Below, piece by piece: positions 1 through 13,181 of a stretch of DNA of 64,000 nt. The notes under the pieces are model-generated. The model did no database searches, was not told where the DNA came from, and saw only the letters and a list, made by a program, of their open reading frames with translations. Position numbers and translations under genes: made by a program. Position 1 is the first letter of the stretch; each line of letters starts with the position of its first letter. Source of the DNA: Tubiluchus corallicola (taxonomy: Eukaryota; Animalia; Priapulida); contig JAQGDQ010000004.1 in the NCBI GenBank assembly GCA_030141605.1, positions 2,046,001-2,110,000 of the forward strand, given 5' to 3'.

Positions 1-2234
1 AGTAATCCAGCAAATTTTTAGATACTGCAGGGACTAATGATTTAGACATAGTAAGAGAAGGTACTGACTCACTTCGGCAGTTTCCATTTCGCCAGTGTGT
101 CATATCGTCAGTGAATCACATTGCTAGTTTATCATTTCACCAGGGCTCCACTTTCCCAGATGATTATTTCTAGCTAAGTAAGGATCGCTAGTGCATCATT
201 TCACCGGTCAATCATGTCGCTAAAACACTACTTCACCAGTGGATATTAGACATCCACATTTTATCAGTACTACGATAAATCGCTTGGAGGAGCTGCTACG
301 GGTTATGTCGCCTTATTTAACATTTCTTTTTGTGTGTTATAAAACTGTATACGTTATGCTCTTGACAGTCTGGTGCTAATATTTTCATTATTAAATTTTA
401 ATGCAATCAAGATCTAAAAACTATATGTCTTTTTTAAAATTAACGGTGGAATTCCACTAAACGTTCCAGAAGTTCAATAAATGCTTACCCAAAGATGCAT
501 TTGTGTAATTATTAATTGTTATTAACTAATATATTATAATCTGCTATTATATTCCAGAGTTTCAAGTTTATGATATCTGGCAGTAGGTAGAGCTACTGAC
601 ATGTTTCTAACGTAGGCCAGAGCTGCTTAGGCTAGCTTTGTAACATTAATAATATTTATCAATCACATAAAGCCAAGTGCTGGTTCATCGTGTGCATAAA
701 TCTACATGTATAAACAGTAATTCAATACAATATCTCGAAGCGGCACTGCTTTTGTCTAAACGCCGAATTTTACTAAATCTGACTTTTCTCAGGTTTAACT
801 CCGATCTAGGCTAGCTCTTTATAAGTATGATAATAGTACAGCTACAGATACTTTTCATCCAATCGCGTATGAAGACGATTATCAATCAGTCATTTTTCCT
901 GCTGAGAATAATCATCCACCACATGTTGCTCTTCCATACAAAACTCCTTTGATAGAGTACTGAATCGACCAAAGATACTTAACTGATTACTTAATAATTA
1001 TGTTACTATGGAATATATGTTTAAATGTTGTATTAACTATGCATACGATTATTGTGTTTTCTTTTATGAACATTGATCTTGCTTACCACTGTGTAATGAA
1101 TTGTATTTGTGAGTTGTTTCAAATTTCCAAATAAAAGATGATGATGTAATAAATGTTTTAAATTTGACTTTGTATTCCTATTAACAGGTGGTCATTCTTA
1201 GTTCAAATTCTGACTGAAAGATTTTGTGCAAAAATGTAAATGTGAGCTGTTGTCCACAGAATCTGCGCAGGAATTTTAAATTTTTATGCTTCTTGTAAAA
1301 TGATATCGTTCCCTAGTATTTAATACTTACACTGTTTTAGACAGGTTACTGAATTTTAAAATTCCTTGTGTTTGAACTTCCATGTATCAGTTTTAGGTAC
1401 AGTATTATTTGAATTGTTTATGATGTGCGAGTAGCCTGGTGGATAACAGTTTCTAGAGTTACTATAGTGGATGTAAGTTTTTTGTTGAATAAGCTTTTCT
1501 ATCAGAGGAAAGATGTTGGAATGTCTTGTCCGTAAAGCTATAAACATTAATTAAAGTGTCACTCGAATTGTCTAAATGTCGAATTTTAATACATCTGCCT
1601 ATCTGGTTTAACTCCGATCTATCTCTTTATAAATATCATAAGCCTATTAAGTTGTCGTTTTTTCTGACTTTTCATTAGGTTACCGTTTCCTAGTCACCGT
1701 TAGTCCGATTATAGTTTGTTTCATCGCTCAAGTCATACAAATCGTTGATAATTCAGATTAATCATTATTTCTTATTGCAAGAATATTAAGTAATCACAAT
1801 TTTAGAATTTTATTACAGCATTAATTTTTGCGTGCCCAGGTTTTTGAAATAAGAGGGCAGTAAAGTAATTAAATTTATTCTATAATTCATGTGCAAAAAT
1901 ATCACAATAAAAGGAAATGAAAAATAGCAATACAACAGATATAGATTTAAGTACCGCGCGTGCGCAGAGAATAATCTAGGTAAGGAATGGACTTGACCTT
2001 GGCAGATGAAAGTCCAAAATTAGCTGCATGTTTGTGTGTTAACAACACGAGAAAGATTACAAATATAAACATTAGAAGTGGTCCTTTAACGTAAACACAT
2101 AACTTAAAGACTGGCATTGATAAATATTTTTCTTATTCGAGTTGGTAGAGCTACATAAATATTTTCGAATCAAACACAATGAAAACTTATGTTAATTATA
2201 TGGACCAGTAGTATGATTGCCAAACCGTACGATG

Positions 2235-3549
2235 AAACAACTGGCGAGTAAAATATCGATTTTTGGTAATTAATTGCGACACAAAGGTTTTTTGTTTTTT
2301 TTCCGGATCAGAGTGTTATATAGTACTTCAGAAAAATTTCCCCATGAATTGGCCTTGGGGAAATTTTTTAGGGCCGGTTAAATTTTAGGCCCAGGTAAGC
2401 ACCTGAAAATGTACAAATTTATGCATGGCAAGGATGAGGTCATGCAGTGCTGTAGCCATGTAAGATTTGAGAGGTGCCTTTGTTAATATTCTGTTGTGAA
2501 ACATTGTGATCATGTGGGTAGCAGCAGAAAAAAATTAAATAGTCCTTAATGGCGCACTATTCTAAAAACTGTTCAGTCTCAGAGTAGCCCAGAACGTTAA
2601 TTTATTGATTTATTTTTTCAGGCTACTTTTTATGTTTTTACCTATACAGCGAACTGCTTTCATCATTGTTACAGAAAATTCCAGTATCAGTAGTTGCGGG
2701 CACTGGATATTTTGTGAAGTCACACCCAAAAAGCCATGTTTAGTTAAATATGTTGGACGTTCAAACAAAATGTTACCTAGTTCCAATACACTCGAACACT
2801 ACACGACTTACTTATAATAAGGTAACTAGATACCCAAAGTGATTAATATTACAGTACATTATATCATTTTGTTTGGCCACTTATGGCCCATTGGTACTGG
2901 ACTGCACCGCTGTCTCGTTAAAACATTATACCAAGAATATGACAAACACGACTTTTAATGCATACTTTTCATTTTTCCGGCTTAGGTCTTTCATGTTTAT
3001 GTGTTGAACAATCCTCTTTACATTTACATTCTCAAAAGGGTGCCATCCCATGCAGATTAGCTTTAGCAACCATGGCATTACTGATTTTTTATGAGCACTA
3101 GTACCGTTTAGCCTAGGTTACCATATATAGTTAGTAATGTAAAATGTCATTCTCATGTTATGGTTGCCATGTCACTGTTTATCTTAGCAGCGACATTGAT
3201 AACGAAGTTAGATTGGGAAATAGCTTGGCAAACTTTGACTTTCACGAATTTTACGAACTTACACTAAATCTTAATACACGGGAGTTGAGAATGTAGCACA
3301 CAGGTAGAACAGCTGCTATAGTAACGATGTGAAAATTGTTTACCTTAGCAACTACGTAATAGCGGTTGCAGTAGAAAGCATTGAATGCTCTGTACACTCT
3401 AGTTACAAAAATATCACAAGTTTATTTTACATAACCGTCCAAATCTTGCAATTAGGAAAAATTGTGATTATTATAAGAACTAAATGTGAAATCGGTGTAT
3501 AAACGCACTTATCTAGCAGTCGTATTGATAACAGGGCTGGCTGCCATAA
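2235..3549 (+). mobile_element. Interspersed repeat family 'B', copy 1 (X-box-motif-rich)
   Basis: 2235-2392 and 3040-3549 match the reverse complement of 5536-6400. 2410-3160 matches 17875-18670 in direct orientation. Confidence 0.65.
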
Positions 3550-3550
3550 T

Positions 3551-4687
3551 TACTCTTCTTCCCCATAATTGACGTCAGACATATTGGTCTATCGCTCCAC
3601 CTCCGCTGCAAAGTAAGCACGTTCAGCAGCATTCAGGACAACAGCTCACGCAGGACAACTGTCTAAGCTAAGCTTAACTAAACGAAACGAAACGAAACGA
3701 AACAACATGACGGTTAAAACTAATGTCTAATCAGCAGATAAACTGATTGCGCTTTTTCATAGATACAAATTTGCAGAGCAGCAGCTATTTTTACACGAAA
3801 TTAACACTTCAAGTAGCCAAAAATGACTTTTCAATTTAAACAGAATGTAGAGACGAAGTTTCAAAGCATTATAAAATACACAGACATAAATATAATAAAG
3901 AAACTAAGCCAGTTAGTCTTACTTTACAATAAATGAGCAACAAAAATATTGTCTCTCTTGCCTTTAAACATACGAACATCAAGCCTGTGACGTATTTTTC
4001 TATATTAATTGATCATGTACTAGTCTGCAAGATTTATTAAGTTTTTGTATTTTTCCGTTTGTCAGGCTACGGAAATGGAATAAATTTGACTGTTCCATTC
4101 CATAGACGACCCTTATATTGAATGCCCGAGTCACATAAGTCCCAATGGTATCTTTTAACCTTGATTATAACCAGAAAAATAGCGTAAAATTTGCTAATAT
4201 TGCATTGATGTATAATAAGTTTTGACCACAGTTGAATTAATTTTGACTGTGAAGATCTCATTGAGATTTATAAAAACTGGCCAGAAAAGAAAACATTTTG
4301 TTTTGTTCTTATTTAAAGTTAATCAAATAGTTGTTTTTATCTAACTTGCAAAGCCATCAACTAAACTAAACTGCGTATTTTCTTGATTGCAAAATGATTT
4401 AATCAGCAAATCATAGACGCGTAAGCGTTGTGCATTTCTTCCTATAAACGAAACTAGTCTATATATTTCCACTAATTCACTTGCAATTTCAATTGCCACT
4501 AATAAAATCTAGAACCAAGTCAATATTTCTCTCGCCAACTTATGAAAAGTTGAGCATTTTTCATAACAGTGTTAGACGGAGCTGTAGCTGAATGTCCCGA
4601 ACGTACCTGTTGCAGGGGTGTGTGAAATAACATGCACGCTGATTGGACAGTCAACGAAAATGATTGACATTATGTTAGACGTCAATT
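3551..4687 (+). mobile_element. Non-autonomous DNA element 'A', copy 1 (~1.13 kb)
   Basis: (Sub)terminal inverted repeats AATTGACGTCAGACATA (3567-3583) and TATGTTAGACGTCAATT (4671-4687); internal (AAACG)n. Colinear reverse-complement copy at 15713-16845. No clear TSD; superfamily unresolved. Confidence 0.75.
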
Positions 4688-4946
4688 TCATCATTATTCA
4701 TTAAGTGAAGTGCTATAGGCCGGACAGAGTTATTATCCAACAATTCCTTACTTGTGTTGGTAAAGAAAGTGTGATTCTTGAACAGGTGTCCAAATGTAGC
4801 AAAGTTTGCTATTTTAATGAGCCGTTGTGTACGCAGAATCCTCAGAAGGTGCTGAATTATCTTGGTAGAACTAGAAATCTTCTGGCACGTCTGTGTTAAA
4901 AAGGAAAAGTCTTGCAAGTCACAGAACAAAATAATTATAGATGGTT

Positions 4947-5080
4947 TGGTTAAAGTTTACAATTCCCCACACACAGGAAATTAGTTCATGAAGTGGATTA
5001 AGGCTAGGGTTAGGGTTGATGTTAGGATTAGAGTTAGGGTTAGGGTCTTTAAATTGTGTGGAAATTGTAAATTCCTTCCG
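4947..5080. mobile_element. Miniature inverted-repeat element with internal TTAGGG-like repeats
   Basis: TIR cores TTTACAATTCCCCACACA and TGTGTGGAAATTGTAAA. Flanking direct repeat ATGGTT at 4941-4946 and 5081-5086. Degenerate (GGGTTA)n at ~5000-5046. Confidence 0.65.
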
Positions 5081-5535
5081 ATGGTTTGAACGCTTTGAGT
5101 GCTTTGGACAAACACAATTAGCCGTAACATTTTGATTTATTTGTAAGAGATTTATCAGACTTACATCAGGCCTAAATTCACTAAGACACCAATTGTCTGC
5201 AAAAAGATTTTAATAGCTATGAATTAACATCTAGTGATGTAAATTACTACTCTGTACAATCTGGTGATGTAAATTACTGCACAATAGCGCCTGGAAGAGC
5301 AAACTTCCAGTAGGATATGGTTAGATAAGTCAGATACTGTAGCAGTTCACTTGACGAATAATGCCCAGCTCCTGACATTATGCCGGAATTAGTTGTTTGC
5401 ATCTAAAAAGGCAGCAATGGTAAATGCAGTTGGGAATTAGCAGGTTTTTTCTATACATCATCGTGCAAGTGTGAATAAAGCCACTTGCTCAAATAATTGA
5501 AAAGAGGGCCCCTTATAGTCAGTTAGTTTATGTCT

Positions 5536-6400
5536 TTATGGCAGCCAACCAGAGGTGGCCAAGTGTACTTGCAATTCGAATATGTTTGCAATAGTTTTTG
5601 CTAATTTATGGAGTTTTGCTAGTTTTAGGTCGACTTTGTGCAACAAACTGTCTGTATTTTGGTAGCTAAGGCGTGCAAAAAGCATTTAATGCTATTTACT
5701 GCAGTTGCTACTACAAAGTTGCAAAGGTAAACAATTTTTGCATCGTTACTATAGCAACTGCTACCATTTCTATGTGTTAAGATTTGTTCTCAGTTCGTAT
5801 AATGGTGAAAATCGAGGTTTTCCAACCAATTTGCCCAAAAGCGTTGGACTGGGCATACACTAAGATTACCTCAAGAATCTCCTTTTCCTATAGCATTACC
5901 TAAAGCTCTTGAAATGACAAAAAAGCCGAGTGGTGGTCAGCTACTGACATATATAGAATTACTGCAAAAAGATTTAGCAAATATAGCAAATTTGAGGGAT
6001 GATGCATCGTGGGCGGAAATGTGTGGCATCAAAAGGTAGGACGTGCCATGTGTTCTTAGTACGTAGCAGCACTGAAACGGCGACGAAACTATTTTTCAAT
6101 CTAACTTAGTCATTTAATGCTGTTGCTAAGATAAACAGTAACCATGATAACTAATTTAGGAGAATTACATTTTATATTATTAGCAATAATTTATATGGTA
6201 ACCTAGGCTAGATGGTATTAGATGCTCATAAAAAGGTTAGTAACGATGTGGTTGCTAAGGCTAATGCTGTATGGGATGGGCCCAAATTTCAACCGGCCCT
6301 AAAAAATTTCCCACAAGGCGAATACTACATAACATACTGATTCAGAAAAGACAAAATGCATTTGTGTTACAATTGATTTCCATACTCGCCCAATGTTGTT
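5536..6400 (-). mobile_element. Interspersed repeat family 'B', copy 2 (inverted relative to copy 1)
   Basis: AACCGGCCCTAAAAAATTTCCC (6291-) is the reverse complement of GGGAAATTTTTTAGGGCCGGTT (~2358). ATATGGTAACCTAGGCTA (~6193) mirrors TAGCCTAGGTTACCATAT (~3109). This copy lacks the 2393-3040 segment. Confidence 0.65.
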
Positions 6401-9400
6401 AATTCAGGATTCGTTCCAGCATATGATGTTTTTAGTTGCAACAATGCTTCTTGTACTTGCTTCGGAATTTTGAGTGTCTAGATTTTTCCTATTGGCTGCT
6501 TTCAATTCGAATTGTATTCTGTCATTAGCTGTTCACAGTTTTTGCTTATCTTTGTTTTCTAGCACTTACAGTGAGCGATTTCATACTTTTTTCAGGAGAT
6601 GCTTCAATTGTTTCAGTAAAAGCTTCTGCGATTTTTGTCGTTAAATAAGATAGTCCCGTGTATTATGCATATTTTAACAGCATAATCTAATCTGCGGTTT
6701 CTATCTGTATGCAAGATTGCGTTTACATCTGTAGACCTATCTAGTGATCAAAAGATTTCAGTATAATGCTTTCATTGGATTAAACGTGCAATTTAATATG
6801 TAAATACATACTCTACATATTTCATTTGGATAACTAAATGTTTATTTTTTAATCATAACAACTATAATTCATTCATTTCGAACACTATATACAAGAAAAC
6901 TTTGAGCGACACTTTTTACAATACATGATTAACCCTAAAAAAGTATTGAATCAGAAACTGAAATAAAATACTTGTACTGGCTGCTTCTCCAACATTTCAT
7001 TACATCACCATATAATTCGGTAACAACATCTATCTATACAGTATACAGTATATAAATTGGCAATTGTGGTATTATTTAGGTAACATAACTTTACACGAAT
7101 GCAAACGTGCCTTGTAAGAAATGAAAATATGCAGAATTTTTGCATTTTGATGCTGTCACTACTAACCAATCACGAAATAAAATAATTCCATTTTGGCACC
7201 AGGTAGACATTTTCCTACTAAATTTCTAGTAAGTGACAACCGAAATATGAATAGTACAAATGCTCGTTATAATATAAAATGTATTACAGTGTACAACGAA
7301 TTTGTTTTAACTTTCTACCTCACCAGTGGCGTTCAACGCTTATTTTATATCGGCTATTTTGTTTCTAGAATTTTGACGTTATCTGCACTAGCTATAAATT
7401 CACAAGTCCTCGTATATACTATGCGCAGTTATTCCTTCGAATCTGCCTAGTAGGATTTTGAGAATTTTCCTAATCTGTTACATCTCAAGTAAAACTAAAT
7501 TTAATGGCTATACAAGGGTGTTAAGTCGTAATAGTTATTTGTGTAATCATAGTTAGCTGAACTTACACATAGAATAGTCAATTTCCTTCCTTACGTGACT
7601 ACACGTACTTGACACAGTGTAAAATAGACGAATTTATAATGAGGTCCGAACTTTCATCTTATTATAATACTATATCTGAAATGCCTGTAAAGCGCTAAAA
7701 ATAAGCTATGTTGATGGCTCATGCGTTTGATTCTATTTATTGGAATACATCTAAATTGGTAATTACGCGTTGTGAAGCTGTAACAACAAGCAATTGTAAA
7801 AGATCTTTTCATTTAACGAACGAAGGAAATGAAATTGTGCGTTGCAATTTTACCGTGAAAAATGGCATAAATAAAAATGTGCATTATAAGTTTATCATAA
7901 AAAATGACGTAGCAATATCATGCGTATATGGCTTTAATAACAGCACATGCAGAATAAAGCCCCATTAATTCAAATAAAAAGAGGCGCCGTAGACTATTTT
8001 TCTCACAACAGGTCGCAATCTATTTACGGAGTCTGATCAGTGTTTGTCAAAAGTCTAATGTGTCTGCTGGAAACTAGGCAGTTTGGCTAAAAATATGCTG
8101 TTTATTTTTTAAAAGCGACTCAGTGTAAATACGACATCCTGGGCAGTTATTTTCAAGATAAATAAGTAGGCCAAGATGAGGCGGCTATGGCAAAGAGTTA
8201 AGAACATTTCGAGGCACTATTCTGTACAAAACATTAGATGGTAAGCGTATATAATGCAGCATTCATCCCTAACATTTCTGTAAAACTTGGATAATATTTT
8301 CACGTTTTTTATGTCACTTTTGTCCTAGAAACGTAGCCTATAATGACCATGTTAGCTGAAAGCGATGTGACTGGAGAAAACTGTAAATTATATTTTATGC
8401 AAATTAAACAAATATATACATGTATGTTATATGATCAGGACCTAAAGCTCACTGTTTCGTCAGCATATAAGCGGATGTGACAGCTTTCGTGGGAATTGCA
8501 GCTCTTATTTTGGCATACCTCGAAGCTCGGGGTATTTTTACAGAACAAAAAGCAATGATTTTTCACAATAGTTAAAACTTTAAAATCTAAACTAGCTAAC
8601 TATAATATATGCGTGAAATTTGTTATGATGCAAAAAGTAGATCAAGAACTAGCAGTGCAAAAACGCGTCATTAGCTTAATATCTTTCCTGAATCACAGCT
8701 ACCCTTTTCATGGTAGTTTTTTGGGTGTCACAAATTCGTTAAAACATCTTCTACTAACATTTTCTACTAACCCTAGTCTTTCAAACAAGCGAGGATACAT
8801 ACTGTTAATATAACTTTCTGTGAATTTTTTAAACACACTGAAATTTGAGAATTTTCTAGCACATTCTGCTCAACTAACACATTTGATTTCAGGAAGTGCC
8901 GACAAAAACCTCTAATTTTTCAAGGTTGAGATCATCGGAGCAAGTAAACAGATTATTATCTCATACTGGCCTGTCTGCATCACATGCTGCGGTATCTGAA
9001 CAATTGACTGTTTCATAAAGAATCCTATGTATTTTCTCGAAAAATCAGCTGTTGCCACTTTTCGCAAGTTGACATACAGGTGGCTGACAAATGATTTAAA
9101 AAGTATTAAACAGAATTTCAATTTTGTGCTATTTGTTGGCGTATATTAGACTTATAGGTAGCGCGTGTCTCGTAAAAACTGCGTAAAAGCTTAAACAAGT
9201 ATGCATACCAAGTTATAAACATGAACAAAAGTTTTTCGTGTGAACTTTGATGTTTTCCTAATACTTGTTTTAAAAAACTGATTGCGCAGACGATCATTAC
9301 CGGTTGTTGCAATGCATTCACGTCATACAGGCACCAGTATGTTGCATAAAAAGTATTTTCTAATGAAATGAAATCATATTGTTTGGATTATTGGACCACG

Positions 9401-11879
9401 ACGCGTGTACGTGGATATTGGACAATCACAAAGTTCAATATACCCACAAAAGGGACCAATGTCATGGTCTGAGTTGCTTAGTCCAATGTTAGATTATTAG
9501 ACCATTAAAGATTGTTACTTATTTTTTTTAAACGGAAAGGCTTTTATTTGACTTAAAGCTATATAATATTAATAAGTGGGCGCGCACACTTTCAGAAAGA
9601 CTTGGTCGTTATCTAATCATTTACTGCTTCGAATTTTATCAACCATTAAAGCTAAGTTGTCCAATGTACCTCTTCAGGAATAACACTAATAATAAAGAAA
9701 ATTACTATATATATGCTCATCGGGTTTTAATTACATTATGAGAATCATTTTGCTCGTTTACACATCATGGAAAAATTGTCCATACTACAGTCCTACTACC
9801 TCATGTTAACCCAATTCTATTTCCTGTACCAGGGATAAACGCATTTCTGTTACTTCGCTAGAATTCCGCGTGGAACACTATCCCATGCCAGGTTGTTCTA
9901 TATATGGGATATAGACTGTAGGCCTCATAACTAGCACATGATCAAATCCAAGAATTAACCATATATTACTTTCTGGTTCCTAATACAATATTTAATCTTA
10001 ATTCAGCTGGATGTAAATACGGCTATCTATGTATCGCTGGCAGGAGCTACCACAAAAACAGCATACGAACGTTAATCAATTATGCACAGCTTACAAGCAC
10101 CAACGCGGTGAACACAGATCACCGTTACACCACGAAAATTTCTCCTATTACTTTAAGAACAATCTGAGCATAACAAATGAGCATAACGATAATTTTTATT
10201 ACATAACAGATAAAAGAATTTTCTTTAACAAGGCCAACTTTAACAGCTATTTTACAAGTGAATGTATGTTACCATACTTTTAGTTTAACAGTGATAGTTT
10301 ATAAATCAGCTGTAAAAGTGCAGCCCTAAGCCTTTCATCATAAAAAATATTAATTAATAACAATACGATCTGCCAACTTTATTATTTATACTTATAGGCC
10401 TACTATCACTCAAAACACGATCGTTCAAACTGCCGAGGTTTGAGGCGATAAGAGATCAAAACAAACATCACTAGAATAGCACCAGCAGCCTGAAGTTTTG
10501 TGTGCGGGTGGGTAATGAAGAAGCAGATTTTTCTGACTAAGTGTCTACGTAAAGTACGAAACGTAGCAGTACCATGCTGTCATATTTACGGAACACATAA
10601 ATTTAGAAGAAAAGATGAATGTGACAGCCTTGTTGAAAAACTGAAAACGACAGTTTCGTAAATTGTTGATAAATAAATTCAAACACGCTTTACCTCGAAC
10701 GATGGTGTGCACTTTGTAGTATCACATTCAAAAAAAGGCCTGAGGTTGTTTAAGTACAGTGAACTGTATAACAGTGACTTTAAAACACCTACACAATAAC
10801 AATAAAGTAAAACACTGCCGTAAATGTCACACGGCTTGGCAAAATTCACAACACAACCAAGCTATGAACTGTAATCAAGTGGTTCAACAAGTGATGTCCA
10901 TTCAAATTTCTTAAACAGAACATAATGGCACTGTTCATACAAGGTACTCAGCTGCCATTGCTATTTGGAAAGTACTTACAGTTGCTTTTATGACAAAAGT
11001 GGATTTTCTGTCCAGTTCGGCTAACCGTTAATTTAATGGGCAGCATCTAAATCACTGATCGTACTCTGGATAATCAAAATTAGGCTAAATTGGGCGTCAT
11101 AGTGGCACAGAAGTACTAAAATTCCAAAAAGTAAAAGTCATCGCCATCAACATGCCACAACTTTATAGAGACTTCATCAATGAAAGTTCGTCATATTTTT
11201 TAACAGAGATTTCTAGGCGTTTATTTTTCATGAGCAAAAATCAGTAACCTGAACATCAATGCAAAATTTCATGGAGGACGATAATACTGAATACTATGGA
11301 CCATATTTAAGCCTTCACAACACGCCTAAAATTACTAACTAACAAGTACATGAACAGATTAATAATAATCTGCTTGAGTTTATGCACATAACACCTATCA
11401 CCAATCAGTAACCAAACCATTCCTCCAACCATTTGAAGGTTAAATCCCTCAGCCTTGAAGTTAAATTAGCCCACAGGTCTATTCAGATTTTAGCACTAAA
11501 CTGCATGTGGGGGAGAAGACACTCGGTGCTTACAAACTCAGTCCCTCTAACAACATTGCACTCATTTGCTGCATGTAAATCTTATGACAGCCAGCAACCA
11601 TAGGCAGCACCACAAACAGTAGAACCCGCTTTCTAATTCCACAGAAAGACCTTTGATATTTGCTTGGTTAAAAATAGACGCTTACTTGCTACAGAGGTCT
11701 TCCATCACAGCACTATTAGGCACGAAAAATTAAAACATTTTCACGTCAATAGCTGCTCTCTAATAACAACAATAAATGGATAATCTATGTTTCTAGCACC
11801 ACAGTTATATTTTTGTTACAACAGCTTTACCATTAGTAATAAACCACTTGATCATTTGACACCGTTCATATTAATTTTT

Positions 11880-13181
11880 TTACATGAAATGTAGGTACCT
11901 TCCGTCATCATGATGCACGTCTGGTGGCGTCAAACTGCAGCATTCCAACTGATAATTCACACCATAATTATTGTCCCAATAACTCTGTCCATTAACAATA
12001 AACTGTAAACAAAATTCTATCTTAGCTTCAAGAGTAAACTCCTGTGGCGCAACAATGCTAAATGTGAATCTGTCTGTCGGTCCATCGCACGAGCCACTCA
12101 CGTAAGTGGCATTAACATCAAACTGGGTCGCCCATTTGTCTAATGTGTACCGCACCAATAAAGCTTTATGGTAACCAATATTTGCAACCCTAACAGTGCA
12201 AGACACCGTTCTGTCATTAATTATGCAGTTTTCAAGACAAACCTTTTTATCATTTACTCTGTCTAGAAAACCAAATGAAGCACCTGGTTGTGGAAAATTC
12301 GGGGAAAGGTATTTGCTACTGTGCGTCTGGTCTCCTCCCATGACCATCTTGGGTTTTCCACATGACTCCGCATCGTAACTCCTATTTAAAGGATCAATGA
12401 CGTTGGTAGGAATACGTGGGGGAATATCTGCAGCTAGGATGTGCCGAACAGATTCAAGATCTAATCCAAGTGCATCAGCAAAACGCACTGCTTTTTTCCT
12501 GCCAGGTGTTCCAGGAGGCGTTTTTGTTGTTTTCAGTGACGAGCTCCTCAATAGCACACTACGTTCAATGCGGAATTCATCCTCTTGTTCAGGACTATTT
12601 GGGCTGACAGCAAGATTCCCTAATGCGAAATGTTCACTAACATCAACAAATAGAGGTTGATGTGGATCTGGAGGTGGTGAAAGTAACTGGTCATCGTTGA
12701 TTCTTTCTCCTGCCGAGGAATCACAACCCGAGTCCAAATCACAACGACATTCGGCAAGGCAATCATCTTCTGGTTCTGGTGGTTTGATTTTCAGTTTTGG
12801 TATGTCCCTGTTACACCCATTACTAGTGACCACAATGCCTTCATCCTTTGTTTCGTCCATTTCATTTGGACTCGTGTTGACACTATCATGAACAGTGTCA
12901 TTTTCACTGCACAAAACATGATTAGACGTGACTATGTCAACCTCTTTCACATCATCCGCTTTATGTCGATCATGTACACACTTATTTGCTAAGGTACTAA
13001 TATCCTTATTCCCCGGGCTCCATGTATTTGCACCCTCCTCTCCGTCCAACAAACTCTCGTCGTTTTGCATTTCAGTATATACACCATGAAAGTTATTACG
13101 CCTGCTTCCTCTTTGCTTACAACACTGACACTGAGAGAAATTCCCTGGTAGGCAGAACCAAGCTTGATCATCAGAGAACAT
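11880..13181 (-). CDS. PPP1R3: Glycogen-targeting regulatory subunit of protein phosphatase 1 (PPP1R3/PTG-Gbs family), uninterrupted ORF
   Basis: PP1-docking RVxF motif in RKKAVRFADALGLDL, preceded by LLRSSSLK. C-terminal CBM21 signatures: VCLEN, TVRVANIGYHKALLVRYTLDKW, DRFTF, EFCLQF...YWDNNYGVNY. First in-frame ATG is at 13181. The frame stays open upstream to 13355 (ORF track starts at GTG 13319), so the true N-terminus is uncertain. Stop TAA at 11880-11882. The paralogue letter cannot be assigned. Confidence 0.93.
   Translation of the reverse strand: MFSDDQAWFCLPGNFSQCQCCKQRGSRRNNFHGVYTEMQNDESLLDGEEGANTWSPGNKDISTLANKCVHDRHKADDVKEVDIVTSNHVLCSENDTVHDSVNTSPNEMDETKDEGIVVTSNGCNRDIPKLKIKPPEPEDDCLAECRCDLDSGCDSSAGERINDDQLLSPPPDPHQPLFVDVSEHFALGNLAVSPNSPEQEDEFRIERSVLLRSSSLKTTKTPPGTPGRKKAVRFADALGLDLESVRHILAADIPPRIPTNVIDPLNRSYDAESCGKPKMVMGGDQTHSSKYLSPNFPQPGASFGFLDRVNDKKVCLENCIINDRTVSCTVRVANIGYHKALLVRYTLDKWATQFDVNATYVSGSCDGPTDRFTFSIVAPQEFTLEAKIEFCLQFIVNGQSYWDNNYGVNYQLECCSLTPPDVHHDDGRYLHFM

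Noticed and set aside
750-1641. ~85-bp direct duplication (750-833 / 1568-1641) as LTRs
   Set aside because: Too short and diverged, no TG..CA ends, PBS or internal coding. More likely an old repeat split by a LINE tail.
5000-5046. TTAGGG repeats as a telomere or fusion scar
   Set aside because: Short, degenerate and enclosed by TIRs and a TSD of a mini-element.
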